Positions 29,521 to 39,760 are shown, counted from the stretch's first letter. The stretch is 64,000 bases of DNA from an uncultured Methanosarcinales archaeon (GCA_964344235.1 CAYFMJ010000001.1:320001-384000); one strand, 5' to 3'. Notes: a model not told the origin generated them from the letters alone. Numbers and translations: made by a program.

Positions 29521-29613
29521 TCTTTTTCTCCCTGAAAGTTGTTTTAAATAGTTTTTGGATTTGGGGTCGTTTTTAAGGAAGATTTTAAAAGGGAATTGGG
29601 TTCACTACGCTTT

Positions 29614-30078
29614 ATGACTGTTTGTGAAATGTGTGGTCGTTCTGGTGCTTTATCAAACTCATTAGTTGAGGGCGTTGAGTTGAAAGTGTGTGGAAATTGT
29701 GCAAAGTATGGTAAAGCTGCTGCTCTGAGAACAGTTCCCCGGAATGGATATAAGCGATCTTTTCAACGGAAAGAGGAACCAGCGTTTCGAATTGTCCGGG
29801 GATGTGCAAATGTTTTGCGCTCTGCGCGGGAGAAACAAGGACTAAGCCAGAAAGAGTTTGCGTCTTCTATAGGGGAGCGGGAAAGTGTTGTTGCGAAATG
29901 GGAATCTGGTAGCATGAAACCCCGTGTAGGCGTTGCAAGGAGATTAGAAAAGAGGTTTGGGGTTGTGTTAGTTGAGAGTGATGAGAATAAGAACGTTAAT
30001 GTTTCTGCAGATTCTGCGAAGAAAAAGAGCGATGTGTTTACGTTAGGGGATTTTATTAAAGTGAGAAAGAGGAAGTAG
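29614..30078 (+). CDS. mbf1: Archaeal multiprotein bridging factor 1 (Zn ribbon + HTH)
   Basis: CEMCG...VEGVELKVCGNCAKYG, HTH (AREKQGLSQKEFA), and C-terminal TLGDFIK. Confidence 0.9.
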   Translation: MTVCEMCGRSGALSNSLVEGVELKVCGNCAKYGKAAALRTVPRNGYKRSFQRKEEPAFRIVRGCANVLRSAREKQGLSQKEFASSIGERESVVAKWESGSMKPRVGVARRLEKRFGVVLVESDENKNVNVSADSAKKKSDVFTLGDFIKVRKRK

Positions 30079-30083
30079 AGTTC

Positions 30084-30533
30084 TTAGATTAACAGTACAA
30101 TCCAATATGTGAGGAAGGCAAGTGCTATGCCACCGAGTAAATCAGTCCAATCGTGTTTTTTAAGATAAATTCTGGAGTACGTTGTAACAAGAGCAGTGAT
30201 TGTGAAGAGGACTGTTAACAGTGTGTTGTTGAAGAATTGGATAAAGAGGATTGCCATGAATACAATACGGGTGGTGTGCCAGCTTGGGAACGAAGAAGCA
30301 TCGAGTTTTTGGATGTATGTGACATGCTCATGTTTCTGTGGACGGTCTTTGAAATAGAATGTTCTGATGATGATAACAACGAGAAGGCTGAAGAAAAACC
30401 CAATTAGTAAATCAATGGCAACTGTGGTTTGATTGAAGAGGTAGAAAAGAGCGGTGATGAGAAAATAAAACGGTGCACCACCAAATGTTGTGATGTCTCG
30501 AAACATTTCATACGTTGTGTTTGTTTTTACCAT
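30084..30533 (-). CDS. PAP2-family phosphatase
   Basis: KDRP, SFPSWH and SRIYLKKHDWTD motifs. Confidence 0.85.
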   Translation of the reverse strand: MVKTNTTYEMFRDITTFGGAPFYFLITALFYLFNQTTVAIDLLIGFFFSLLVVIIIRTFYFKDRPQKHEHVTYIQKLDASSFPSWHTTRIVFMAILFIQFFNNTLLTVLFTITALVTTYSRIYLKKHDWTDLLGGIALAFLTYWIVLLI

Positions 30534-30534
30534 G

Positions 30535-31389
30535 TTACATATAGATTAGTGTTGCTGTTGTGATAATCCAGAGAAGCGTACCAATAAGTATTGGTTTGTC
30601 TTTAATAATTGTTTCGGGTTTGTACACTATTTCAAAACCCTCTTTTAGGAGAGCGTAGGTACGGAATATTGTAAAGAGTGCGAAGGGAAGAGTGTAAAGC
30701 AAATTGTTGAATGGGCTGAGGAATGAGTATAATGTGTATGACAGGATGAGCAGAGTAATGGAAACAGTCATTAGTGTGTTTGTTAATTCGCTTGTGTATT
30801 CTTTGAGAACTTCTTTTGTATGTGTTGCTTTCTCTTTTAGCTTCGTAACGTCAGTATGTCTCTTGCTTACGGACAGGAATAATGAGAGGAAGAACGGTAC
30901 GAGAACTAGCCAGGGGGATATGACAACATCAATAGCAAATGCACCGGCAATCGCTCGAATCACAAAGAGCGTGGCAATGGTTATAACATCAGCAAGGAAG
31001 ATTTTTTTGAGAAAAAATGTGTATAACTGGGTTAGCAAAAAGAGTGTGAATGCTGCGTAGAGGAAGTATGGAGTAATGGTCCAGGCAATAAACAAGCCAA
31101 TTGCTAGTAAGAATGTTAAGAGGATAATGGCACTTCCTGTTTTGATTGTTCCAGCAGCAAGTGGTCGATATTTCTTAATTGGATGTAAGCGATCTTTTGC
31201 AACGTCACGTAGGTCGTTGATAATATATCCGGCGCTTGAGATGAATGATAATGAAATGAACGCAAGAAGAGTTGTGACAAGAAACTCGGTGTTAAGAATA
31301 TTTGCTGAGAAAAAAATAGCGAGAAAGACAACGAGGTTTTTGTACCATTGTTGTACACGGATGAGTTTAATGTAATTTTGAAATGTCAT
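30535..31389 (-). CDS. UbiA-family polyprenyl-phosphate phosphoribosyltransferase-like protein
   Basis: RVQQWYKNL, YIINDLRDVAKDRLHPIKKYRPLAAG and SKRH motifs match the decaprenyl-phosphate phosphoribosyltransferase subfamily. Confidence 0.85.
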   Translation of the reverse strand: MTFQNYIKLIRVQQWYKNLVVFLAIFFSANILNTEFLVTTLLAFISLSFISSAGYIINDLRDVAKDRLHPIKKYRPLAAGTIKTGSAIILLTFLLAIGLFIAWTITPYFLYAAFTLFLLTQLYTFFLKKIFLADVITIATLFVIRAIAGAFAIDVVISPWLVLVPFFLSLFLSVSKRHTDVTKLKEKATHTKEVLKEYTSELTNTLMTVSITLLILSYTLYSFLSPFNNLLYTLPFALFTIFRTYALLKEGFEIVYKPETIIKDKPILIGTLLWIITTATLIYM

Positions 31390-32849
31390 TGCGTTGGTTT
31401 ATCTGTTGGTAGGTAAATTGTATAGATACAGGGGGGCTCATCTTTTTTAAATGTATGTTGTGTCTGAAACACTTGTGTGTTCTCTTCAGCAATTGTGTTG
31501 AGGAGCGCGGCCTTCCGTGTGTGGCAATCTGCATCTTCAGGGGCACAATGAAAGTCACAGCTGTTCACAACGGCAATGCCATAGTTATTCTTTTCTCGTT
31601 CATAGATTGCTTCACCATAATCCATCCCTGATAGAAGGATTGGCTTGTTATCAAAATACGAAATGACGAAAGGATGCGAGGAAAGGATTGGTCCAGTGAT
31701 GTTATTGTCTGTAATGATTTGTTGGACTTCTTTGTGTAATGTAGGGGGATTGTTGAAGTCAATATTCCCTGGTACGAAGCTTAGGGTAAGAATTATGCAC
31801 ACTGCCACGAGGCCAGACGGGTGGATGAATGGTTTCTTTTGTTTTTTGAAGTAATGATGGAGTTTAATGACACTATATCCAATAAACATTGCGACAAATG
31901 GAAGTGCCCCAATCATGTAGCGCAGTTCTTTTCGTGGGACTGTGATAAAGTAGAGAATAATGATAATTGTCATTAGCACAGGTAGGATTTTATGTTGGTC
32001 TTTCCATTGTTTTTCTTTGAAGAAATAATAAATGAATGGGATGGAGAGGAGGTGGATTGGGTTTTTGAAAAAGAATTCTTTGAAATAAAAGAATATGCCG
32101 CTCCCATACAACCATGTTCCAGTTGTGACGATCCATGATGCAGAGGTGAGTGGTTCAAGTGGATTGCCATATGTATAGTAGTTGAAAATGAAGAACGGTG
32201 TTGTGGCAATGATGAAACCAATTGTGAGAAGGATTCCTTGCTTGATTTTTTCCACGAATGGTTTGGCGTAGATGAGGGTGAGAAGTCCTAACCCTGCGAG
32301 GTAGATGCCCTGTGGAAATTTTGCGAGAAAGGCTAAACCGCAAAAGAAGCCAGCGAGTGTGAGATTGAGGGGTGTCTTAGTTTCCTGTTTTGTGAAAAAA
32401 TATACTCCAAGTAAACCGAGGAAAATTGATAACGGGTCTGCTAAGATAAGCCCTGTAAACATGAGGAATAATGGTGCGACCCCGAAAAACAGGGCGCTGA
32501 TGATTGCAGTTTTTTTATCGAAGATTTTTTCTGTGATTCTGTATAGGAAGTATACTGAGAGTGTGGAGAACACAATGTCAAGAATTCTCCCTCCAATGAC
32601 GGGGCTGATTTTAAGTTTCCATACTATTCCAATAAGCAATGGATGAAGCAGGGCGCGGAATGGTTCCCAGATTCCTAATTCACCGTTAGAAAACAGGTAT
32701 TTAGCCATGCCAATATACACGTGGGAGTCCCACCACAAGGATTGGTGGAATAATAGACTCAGAAGACGGATACCAATAGCAACACTTAGTATTGTGGTAA
32801 TTGGATGTTCTAAAGAATAATTCCAAAATCGTTTTATTGTGTCAGCCAT
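31386..32849 (-). CDS. GT-C fold glycosyltransferase (GT39/ArnT-like)
   Basis: WWDSHVY, LAKFPQG and RKELRYMIG motifs; multi-TM with a soluble C-terminal domain. Confidence 0.8.
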   Translation of the reverse strand: MADTIKRFWNYSLEHPITTILSVAIGIRLLSLLFHQSLWWDSHVYIGMAKYLFSNGELGIWEPFRALLHPLLIGIVWKLKISPVIGGRILDIVFSTLSVYFLYRITEKIFDKKTAIISALFFGVAPLFLMFTGLILADPLSIFLGLLGVYFFTKQETKTPLNLTLAGFFCGLAFLAKFPQGIYLAGLGLLTLIYAKPFVEKIKQGILLTIGFIIATTPFFIFNYYTYGNPLEPLTSASWIVTTGTWLYGSGIFFYFKEFFFKNPIHLLSIPFIYYFFKEKQWKDQHKILPVLMTIIIILYFITVPRKELRYMIGALPFVAMFIGYSVIKLHHYFKKQKKPFIHPSGLVAVCIILTLSFVPGNIDFNNPPTLHKEVQQIITDNNITGPILSSHPFVISYFDNKPILLSGMDYGEAIYEREKNNYGIAVVNSCDFHCAPEDADCHTRKAALLNTIAEENTQVFQTQHTFKKDEPPCIYTIYLPTDKPTQ

Positions 32850-32859
32850 GGGAATGAGT

Positions 32860-33597
32860 TTATGAAACTGAAACCTCTTGATCACATTGGTTAGAATCCT
32901 CTAAAGAGTTACAAATGATTTCGTGCATTTGTTCCTTGCCAACGACACCTTCATACTTCTCTCCGTTGATGATAAGACTAGGCTGTTTTGTTATGTCAAA
33001 TTGGTTCATGACAACCTCAACCATTGGCTCTTCTTCCCGTAAATCGAGATTGATTGGAAAGACAAGGACTTGTTCCCCGAATTGTTTTTTGAAGAATGTT
33101 AGTATTGTTCCCTGGTTTGGGCAGGAAGGACAGTCTGTTGAGTAGAAGTATAGAATTGGAACAATGTCGAGTTCACATTTCTGCTGCGATTCTTGCGCTA
33201 GTAACCAGTATCGTAGGTTATCTAAGATATAGCGACGCATGATGTTTGTTTTCTGTGTTGCAGTGATTTCTTTTTCTTCCTCGAATGAGACGACTTCACT
33301 TAACGAGTCGGAGAGGTCTTTTACTGCTTCGTTTAATGTTGTTGCAACTGCTGGACAATTGTCCTGGTTGCTAAATGCGTTAAGATAGAGAAATTGTAGT
33401 TGTAAGCTAAGGTATTTCACGTCTTGTTCCTGGTTAATTTCATCGATAATGTTGTATCGCTGATCCTCCAGGACAAGACCGAGAGCTAAACCCAGTGCGA
33501 AGATGAGGAACGTAATTATTCCCGCAATGATGTATTTGTCTTTACTGACTTTACGCCAGGAAGCTGTTTCGTTCGTGTTTTTTGTTGTTTTTGTCAT
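32860..33597 (-). CDS. Membrane-anchored protein with C-terminal thioredoxin-like domain
   Basis: N-terminal TM helix, YFYSTDCPSC (CxxC) and QPSLIING. Confidence 0.6.
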   Translation of the reverse strand: MTKTTKNTNETASWRKVSKDKYIIAGIITFLIFALGLALGLVLEDQRYNIIDEINQEQDVKYLSLQLQFLYLNAFSNQDNCPAVATTLNEAVKDLSDSLSEVVSFEEEKEITATQKTNIMRRYILDNLRYWLLAQESQQKCELDIVPILYFYSTDCPSCPNQGTILTFFKKQFGEQVLVFPINLDLREEEPMVEVVMNQFDITKQPSLIINGEKYEGVVGKEQMHEIICNSLEDSNQCDQEVSVS

Positions 33598-33604
33598 AAT
33601 AGTA

Positions 33605-34879
33605 TTACCATTTTATTTTTCTGTTCCGGGAGAATTCTACAAGAGAGAGAAGAAAGATGCTGCCTTTTAAGAGATAGTAAAATGCAAAGTAGGGGATAAG
33701 GGGAAGCCATCCAAACCGCATCATTCTTTCGTTTGCATTCTTATGGGCGCGGTAGAAAAAATAAAACCCAATGACAAAGAGGAAGATAACGATAAAGAAT
33801 GGTTTGAAATCAGTGAGGAGGAGTTCTAAAGGAGTGATTGTAGTATCGAGCGTTTGAATATACGGTGAGAGGTTGAATCGGACGATACTTAAATTTTTGA
33901 GGCCGTCTAAAGCAGGAAGGGCCAGGAAATATACTGCTGCTAAAAGTCCAGTGAGAGCAAGAATATACCCCGCAGTATTCTTGATCAATTGGATTAAACC
34001 AAAGTCGCCATATTTCTTGTTAGCGATCATTCTTCTATATTGATGTAAGCAGATCATGCCACCTAGATACCAGCGTCGTCGTTGTGAGTAGAATGGTTTG
34101 ATCTTGTGTGGTGCTGTAGTGTACACGTAACCGTCGAAGCATTGTTTGATTTGGTAGTTGTGTTCCTGCACACGGTACGCAATTTCTTGATCTTCAGTGA
34201 TGTTTTGTGGATCGAAACCACCGAGTTTTTTGATAATGGACGTTCTGTATAATGAAAAAGGCCCAGGAGCCACGTATAGTGAGTCTAAATGACTTGCTAG
34301 CCGTGCGATGAAAATGATGATAAGATATTCTAGCCATTGAACACGTTGGAGGATGTTTTTTGGGTTATCAACTTTCATTGCTGGGGTGATGATGGCAAGA
34401 TTAGGGTTGTTTTCTTTCTCATACAGTGCCAGCATTTTACGGAGCGTAGAAGGTTCAACGAATGAATCAGCGTCGAGGCATGCAAAATATTCTCCCCGAG
34501 AGACTTTAAGCGCTTTGTTCATTGATGCTCCTTTTCCCATATTGGCGTGGGAGATAAGTCGGAAGTGTGGTTTATTATGAATGAATGCTGTGACAACTTC
34601 TTTTGTTTGATCGGTTGATCCATCGTTAATGACAATCACGTCGAGTTTCTCTTTTGGATAGTCAATGTTGTTGATTGATTGTAATGTTTTGAGAATTGTT
34701 TTTTCTTCATTTAATGCTGGGACAATAATAGAAACGATTGGAGTTTGTGAGAGTATGGTCGTTGATTGCTCCTGTTTAAATTCAGTTCGTTTATCAATGT
34801 ATACTAACAGGAAAAATACAGAGAAATATAATGATAAAACGTATGCTACCCACAAAATAACGTTAATGATAATTCCCAC
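33605..34879 (-). CDS. Processive GT2 glycosyltransferase (cellulose/PNAG synthase-like)
   Basis: PALNEE, DGSTD, LDADS, ITEDQE and QRRRW (QxxRW) motifs. Confidence 0.9.
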   Translation of the reverse strand: MGIIINVILWVAYVLSLYFSVFFLLVYIDKRTEFKQEQSTTILSQTPIVSIIVPALNEEKTILKTLQSINNIDYPKEKLDVIVINDGSTDQTKEVVTAFIHNKPHFRLISHANMGKGASMNKALKVSRGEYFACLDADSFVEPSTLRKMLALYEKENNPNLAIITPAMKVDNPKNILQRVQWLEYLIIIFIARLASHLDSLYVAPGPFSLYRTSIIKKLGGFDPQNITEDQEIAYRVQEHNYQIKQCFDGYVYTTAPHKIKPFYSQRRRWYLGGMICLHQYRRMIANKKYGDFGLIQLIKNTAGYILALTGLLAAVYFLALPALDGLKNLSIVRFNLSPYIQTLDTTITPLELLLTDFKPFFIVIFLFVIGFYFFYRAHKNANERMMRFGWLPLIPYFAFYYLLKGSIFLLSLVEFSRNRKIKW

Positions 34880-34910
34880 AGTACACCCTCAAAACACTTT
34901 TTGAACATCT

Positions 34911-36242
34911 CTATTGCTCTTCTGTAAACTCCCAAACCTCTGATTGTTCGTGAGAATGTACTAATTTAAATCTTTCGTTTCTGAGCAGGAAAAGTAAGCC
35001 TTGGTCGGAAGACAGTGTTTGCTGGAATGAGTGGGGAATATAGAAGTGGGTGATTCCTTGACTTTCTAAGATTGGGAAGAGTTGCCTGATATATAGAGAA
35101 TCAGTTATGTTTGAGGTTGTTGTGGCTGAAGTTCTATGTTTTTTGTGAGGAAGGGGGGTGGCGGTTCGTTGGGCAAAGAATTGCACGTAGTGTGCATGTT
35201 CGCCTACAGCAAAAATTACTGATTCTGAAGGTGTTTCTTCCTGAATCCATTGTAATGTTTCGATTTCTGACTGCGTTGGGCCATATTCTACGAGCCGATC
35301 ACTATAACTTAGTGTTGAGAAGATGATGCCGAGTAATAAGAGGAAGAGGGTGAACTTTTTTAGTTGCTGGAGGGACCAATTCCTGTTACTGAGCTGTGTT
35401 AAGGCAGTTGTTGCGAAAAGTGTTATAACGACCGTCAGAGGGAAGATTATGGCAGAACTTACAACGTATGCCACTACAAACAGGACAAGGAGAATGTAGA
35501 GATAACGGAACTTCTTTTTCCGCCAGGCAGCTGTCGCTCCAATGATTGCTAGGATGAATGTGAAGAAACTGATCCCACTGAGACCTCCTAAATCTGAGAT
35601 GAAGTCTGAGAGGAGGTGTTGCATATGGAATGGGCCAAGAATAAACTGTTGTTGTAGAAGAAAAATATTAATTATAAGGAGGAGAGCGAGAGTTATGAGT
35701 ACAGCAATGTGTGGTGTTTTAATTCTTTTTTTGTTCAATGAATGAATTATGATTATAGTCGCAACGGCGAGAGTTGTAAAGATGTCGAAGAACGTTGTTG
35801 CGGCAAGAGGAACGAGTGCTAGGAATTGGTATTTTTGTTTTTTCTCAAGAAGTAAGAGACCTAATAGAACGAGAGGTGTCACAAGAGCGTACGTTGTTAT
35901 ATTCGTGAAAGTATACATGAATGCAGGGGAGAGTGCTAGAAGAATGAGGAACCATGTAGTGAATTTTGGATCGAATTTCCAATGTTTCGTTAATGCGAAG
36001 AATAATGTTAATGAAAGCAACCCGCTGATGAGGGGAATGATGTATAACATTGCTAATGGTACGGATTGTATGTTGCTTATGTTAAGCAATGAGAGGTAAA
36101 AGTAGCTTTCTCCAGCGGCGAGTGGAGCTTTGTTAAAAAATATGTTAAGGAGTAGTGGGAGAAGAAGGATTAACAGGTACAGGAAGTACATCATCTTTTT
36201 GTGATGGCGGGGGAATGGAATTTGTAATGTTTCTGTTTTCAT
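34911..36242 (-). CDS. Polytopic membrane protein, degenerate GT-C/AglB-like
   Basis: Multi-TM followed by LQWIQEETPSESVIF...YVQFFAQR. ATGA-coupled to the upstream gene. Confidence 0.5.
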   Translation of the reverse strand: MKTETLQIPFPRHHKKMMYFLYLLILLLPLLLNIFFNKAPLAAGESYFYLSLLNISNIQSVPLAMLYIIPLISGLLSLTLFFALTKHWKFDPKFTTWFLILLALSPAFMYTFTNITTYALVTPLVLLGLLLLEKKQKYQFLALVPLAATTFFDIFTTLAVATIIIIHSLNKKRIKTPHIAVLITLALLLIINIFLLQQQFILGPFHMQHLLSDFISDLGGLSGISFFTFILAIIGATAAWRKKKFRYLYILLVLFVVAYVVSSAIIFPLTVVITLFATTALTQLSNRNWSLQQLKKFTLFLLLLGIIFSTLSYSDRLVEYGPTQSEIETLQWIQEETPSESVIFAVGEHAHYVQFFAQRTATPLPHKKHRTSATTTSNITDSLYIRQLFPILESQGITHFYIPHSFQQTLSSDQGLLFLLRNERFKLVHSHEQSEVWEFTEEQ

Positions 36243-37714
36243 TTTGCAGTCTCTAAGCCACATGTTGTGCGGTATATTTTTGTCTGGTTACTGTATACTT
36301 GCTGGAAGCACTCTTCTGTTAGGAATGTAAAAGTTTCGTGCCCCGTTTTTTGTTGTGCGTGTGGTGTGAACACAAGATATTGGGAGCTGTATTCTTGTAG
36401 AACACCAATGGCACGTGTTTGTAACGAACTTCCAAAGACAGCATTCACGTCGATGAAGCGCTTCTCTACATCCTTAATAAGCCTGAATTGGTCATCAATA
36501 ATGTTTTGTCTGTTGCTGTAATAGGTAATCAAGTGGCCTTCTTTAGTGAGAGCTAAGATACCAGTGTTTTTGGGAGCATGCTCGTTGAGCCATTGGAATG
36601 CTGCTATCTCTTCATCCTGTGGCGTTTCCTGTTGTAATGATGCCAAGATAGCTGGTGCGATTGTTGTTATGAGAAGAACGAAAATTACCAGTGCTGGGAT
36701 ATATTTTTTGAATGTATAAATTTTTGTTTGTTCAATGTATGCGATAATGTCATCGTAAAATGATGCGAAAAATGCAGCGAGAATTATACCGAAGAAGCTG
36801 AGGGAAAGTGTAAACTCGATAAGTCGGAACCATGTGAGTATTGTTGTTGAGATAGCGAAACTCAAGAGCAGGAATAGTTTTTTGTTTCGTGTGAAAAATA
36901 ATGACCTATAGGCTACAACAACTCCTGCAAGAAATGGAATAGCACTAATGAGGATAAGAGTTTCTGCAATCGTTGCTTGTGGGAAATATTGTTGAACGAT
37001 TTGAGAAGGGATGTTTTGCCAAATAAATGAAATCCCCTGTTCTATGAAGACGTTTTTGAAGAAAAGGAATTGTGCCCAGATGAAGAAGAATACTGAGAAG
37101 AGAATCAGCTCAACTTCTGCTTTACTGACACGCTTTCGTTCAATAGCTGCTAAGATAAGGTAGATGCCAAAACCCATGATGAGGAGAAATGTAGCGGAAG
37201 AGGTGAGTGAGAGAGCAAGGAATGCTATAACATACGAAAAGAGCGCTTTTTCTTTTGTCAGGTTGAGGAAAAGGTAGATTGTGTAGAAGACTAGTGGTAG
37301 GAATAACGTTTGAGGTGTAAAGGAGTTGGTGTTGTACAGAATGGGGAGGAAGCCGGCGATCGATGCTGAGAAGAGAGGACCATGCTTTTTAGTACTAATT
37401 TGGGCACTAAGGTAATAGATGATAATTGTGAGTGAGGCTATGAAAATATTTGGCAGGATTTTGGCGACTAATGCTAATGGTAGGAATAAATCGAAGAATG
37501 CTGCGACGTAATGGAATAGTGGAAGGAAGAACAGTTCTCTCCCTCCGTAGGAGAGTGAGTCTTGGTATAAAGGTAAGCCATGTTCGGTGATATGTTCCAC
37601 CTGCCGCATGTGATAATATGAGTCGTAGGTTAGATTTGGAACGGAGAACGCGAGGATAAGTCTTGCAGTTAATGTTACTAGAAAAATAATAATTAACCAG
37701 TGTTTGCTTTTCAT
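36239..37714 (-). CDS. Polytopic membrane protein, STT3/AglB-like GT-C fold without WWDYG
   Basis: YDSYYHMRQVE near the N-terminus; AFQWLNEH...ILALTKEGHLITYYSNRQNIID in the C-domain. Confidence 0.6.
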   Translation of the reverse strand: MKSKHWLIIIFLVTLTARLILAFSVPNLTYDSYYHMRQVEHITEHGLPLYQDSLSYGGRELFFLPLFHYVAAFFDLFLPLALVAKILPNIFIASLTIIIYYLSAQISTKKHGPLFSASIAGFLPILYNTNSFTPQTLFLPLVFYTIYLFLNLTKEKALFSYVIAFLALSLTSSATFLLIMGFGIYLILAAIERKRVSKAEVELILFSVFFFIWAQFLFFKNVFIEQGISFIWQNIPSQIVQQYFPQATIAETLILISAIPFLAGVVVAYRSLFFTRNKKLFLLLSFAISTTILTWFRLIEFTLSLSFFGIILAAFFASFYDDIIAYIEQTKIYTFKKYIPALVIFVLLITTIAPAILASLQQETPQDEEIAAFQWLNEHAPKNTGILALTKEGHLITYYSNRQNIIDDQFRLIKDVEKRFIDVNAVFGSSLQTRAIGVLQEYSSQYLVFTPHAQQKTGHETFTFLTEECFQQVYSNQTKIYRTTCGLETAK

Positions 37715-37797
37715 GTGTTTGGAATGTATGTTTTGTTTTATAAAAGTGTGGGTGTGAGTGGCTAAATCTTTAAATGTTGTAGTGTTGTGGAGGAAAT

Positions 37798-38469
37798 ATG
37801 AGAATTTCAACAGGAGCACAATTTTTTGATGCCTTCTTAGAGGGGGGGTATGATAATGATATCATCACCACGATTTATGGTCCTTCTGGTAGTGGAAAGA
37901 CGAATCTATGCTTGTTAGCTGCGGTTAAAATTGCTGAAAGTGGCAAGAAGGTGCTGTTTATTGATACAGAAGGAGGGATTGCTGTAGAACGAATTAAGCA
38001 AATTACTTCTCGAAGTGATGAAGTGTTACAGAATATTGTTTTTTTTAACCCTGTGACGTTTGAAGAGCAGAAAGAAATTTTTGAAACGATTCGGGAGATG
38101 GTGAACCCAGAGATTGGGTTAATTGTTGTAGATTCTATTTCGATGTTGTATCGGTTAGAGTTGGGTCGCTCTGAAGAGGTGTACGAAGTGAATTCTGCGT
38201 TAGGAAAACAAATAGCGTATTTAGTTGAGATTGCACGTCGTAAGAAGATCCCTGTGTTGATTACGAATCAAGTGTATGCTGATTTTGGAAATAGGGATAG
38301 AGTGAAAATGGTTGGGGGCGACTTGTTGAAATATGGTTCAAAGTGTTTGATTGAGTTGCGAAGATTTCGAGGAAGTCGAGGGATGGTGTTACAAAAGCAT
38401 CGTTCGCTTCCTGAGGGTAAAGAAGTGATGTTCAATATTGTGGGAGATGGTGTTGAGGGAGTTTTGTAA
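37798..38469 (+). CDS. radB: DNA repair and recombination protein RadB
   Basis: IYGPSGSGKTNLC, FIDTEGG, VVDSISMLYR and ITNQVY motifs; ~220 aa with no N-terminal HhH domain. Confidence 0.92.
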   Translation: MRISTGAQFFDAFLEGGYDNDIITTIYGPSGSGKTNLCLLAAVKIAESGKKVLFIDTEGGIAVERIKQITSRSDEVLQNIVFFNPVTFEEQKEIFETIREMVNPEIGLIVVDSISMLYRLELGRSEEVYEVNSALGKQIAYLVEIARRKKIPVLITNQVYADFGNRDRVKMVGGDLLKYGSKCLIELRRFRGSRGMVLQKHRSLPEGKEVMFNIVGDGVEGVL

Positions 38470-38514
38470 TTTTTGGAGTGAATTTATTTAAATTAAGTTT
38501 GTTTTGAGCACCTC

Positions 38515-39402
38515 ATGAAAATTGATCGAAGGAAGTTCTTTAGACGATCTGGAATTGGCCTTGCTGCAGGAGCGGCTGTTCTTACACTTGATCATCATGC
38601 CTGTATGGGAAGGGAAGTTACGGCAAGGGGAGAAGTTCTTTGTGACTTACAAGCACACCCGGCAAATTATTGGGATTTAGAAGACACGGTTGATGTGTTA
38701 TTGTCTCCTGGTTTAGTGGGTTTAGGGCATAATAACGCTACAACACGTAATTTGACGTATGAAGGCGTTTTAGGAGATCCTGAGTTACGGAAATATGTTG
38801 ATCAGATTACGCTTGGCCAGCTGGCAATGTTTAGTGATGGGGAACGTTATGGTTTCTTCTGTAGAGCACAGGAAGTTCAAACAAGATATTTTGATATTCT
38901 TGCACTCGGCTTTGAAGGAGAGTATTTTGCATATGGACGAGAGGACAGTCATGTTGATGTGACGAAGGCCATTCATGATCGTGGAGGTATTGCGATTGTT
39001 GTTCATCCTTTTGTAATTGGAAGAATGCCTATTACTGATGCGCATAGGAGATTGTTGTACGGGTGGATGGAGTCAAGTGAGGCACCAGACGCTGTTGAAG
39101 TTCATAATGCACAATTGATATTACACCTACGAGATTCGAATATTGAAGCCCTTACATTAGCAGAGCACTATCAAAAGCCGGGAATTGCAGCTTCTGATGC
39201 GCATAGAAGAATTGAGCAAGTAAAGATGTGTGGAATTGGTGTTCCTGAAGGAGTTATTCTCGATCGAGGGATGCCTGGTTTAGTTGACGCGGTTCGGAGT
39301 GGAGGATTTGTTCGTTACGGCGATCCACATGAAGGGCCGTTTGTTAGCTTGTACAGTTCGGTGATGGGCCAAGTGTACGAACAAGTGTTTGGTGGTAAGT
39401 GA
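38515..39402 (+). CDS. PHP-domain metallophosphoesterase-like protein with twin-arginine signal
   Basis: DRRKFF + hydrophobic stretch; CDLQAHP, VHPF, DAVEVHN and ASDAH motifs. Confidence 0.7.
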   Translation: MKIDRRKFFRRSGIGLAAGAAVLTLDHHACMGREVTARGEVLCDLQAHPANYWDLEDTVDVLLSPGLVGLGHNNATTRNLTYEGVLGDPELRKYVDQITLGQLAMFSDGERYGFFCRAQEVQTRYFDILALGFEGEYFAYGREDSHVDVTKAIHDRGGIAIVVHPFVIGRMPITDAHRRLLYGWMESSEAPDAVEVHNAQLILHLRDSNIEALTLAEHYQKPGIAASDAHRRIEQVKMCGIGVPEGVILDRGMPGLVDAVRSGGFVRYGDPHEGPFVSLYSSVMGQVYEQVFGGK

Positions 39403-39445
39403 CTAAGACAAAAAGCTTAAAAGTTTAGAAAAAGTTCTTATTTCT

Positions 39446-39715
39446 ATGAAAAGGTTGAAAGCTGTTCGGAGAAAAATTATTGTGACATTCATTTTCTCAG
39501 TGTTTGCTTCTGTAGGGTTGATTATTCATGGTGTGTTTTTTGATTTAGATTTCAGCCAAATTAAAAGATTGTCTCTTGAAGGGTTCATATTGACGTTCTT
39601 AATTGTCTTTCCGGCCCTTCTCTTACTTGAATGGATTTTTGATTTAGGGAATCATGCAGAGTTTCAACAGATTGAGAAAAGAGTTACCAAGTTAGAGAAG
39701 AAACGGTTTAAGTAA
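39446..39715 (+). CDS. Small two-TM hypothetical membrane protein
   Basis: Two hydrophobic helices; TTAAAA TATA-like box upstream. Confidence 0.6.
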   Translation: MKRLKAVRRKIIVTFIFSVFASVGLIIHGVFFDLDFSQIKRLSLEGFILTFLIVFPALLLLEWIFDLGNHAEFQQIEKRVTKLEKKRFK

Positions 39716-39760
39716 AGTTTTGTCCACAAATTTTAAAAAATAGGGGCGTTCTGAGTTTTT

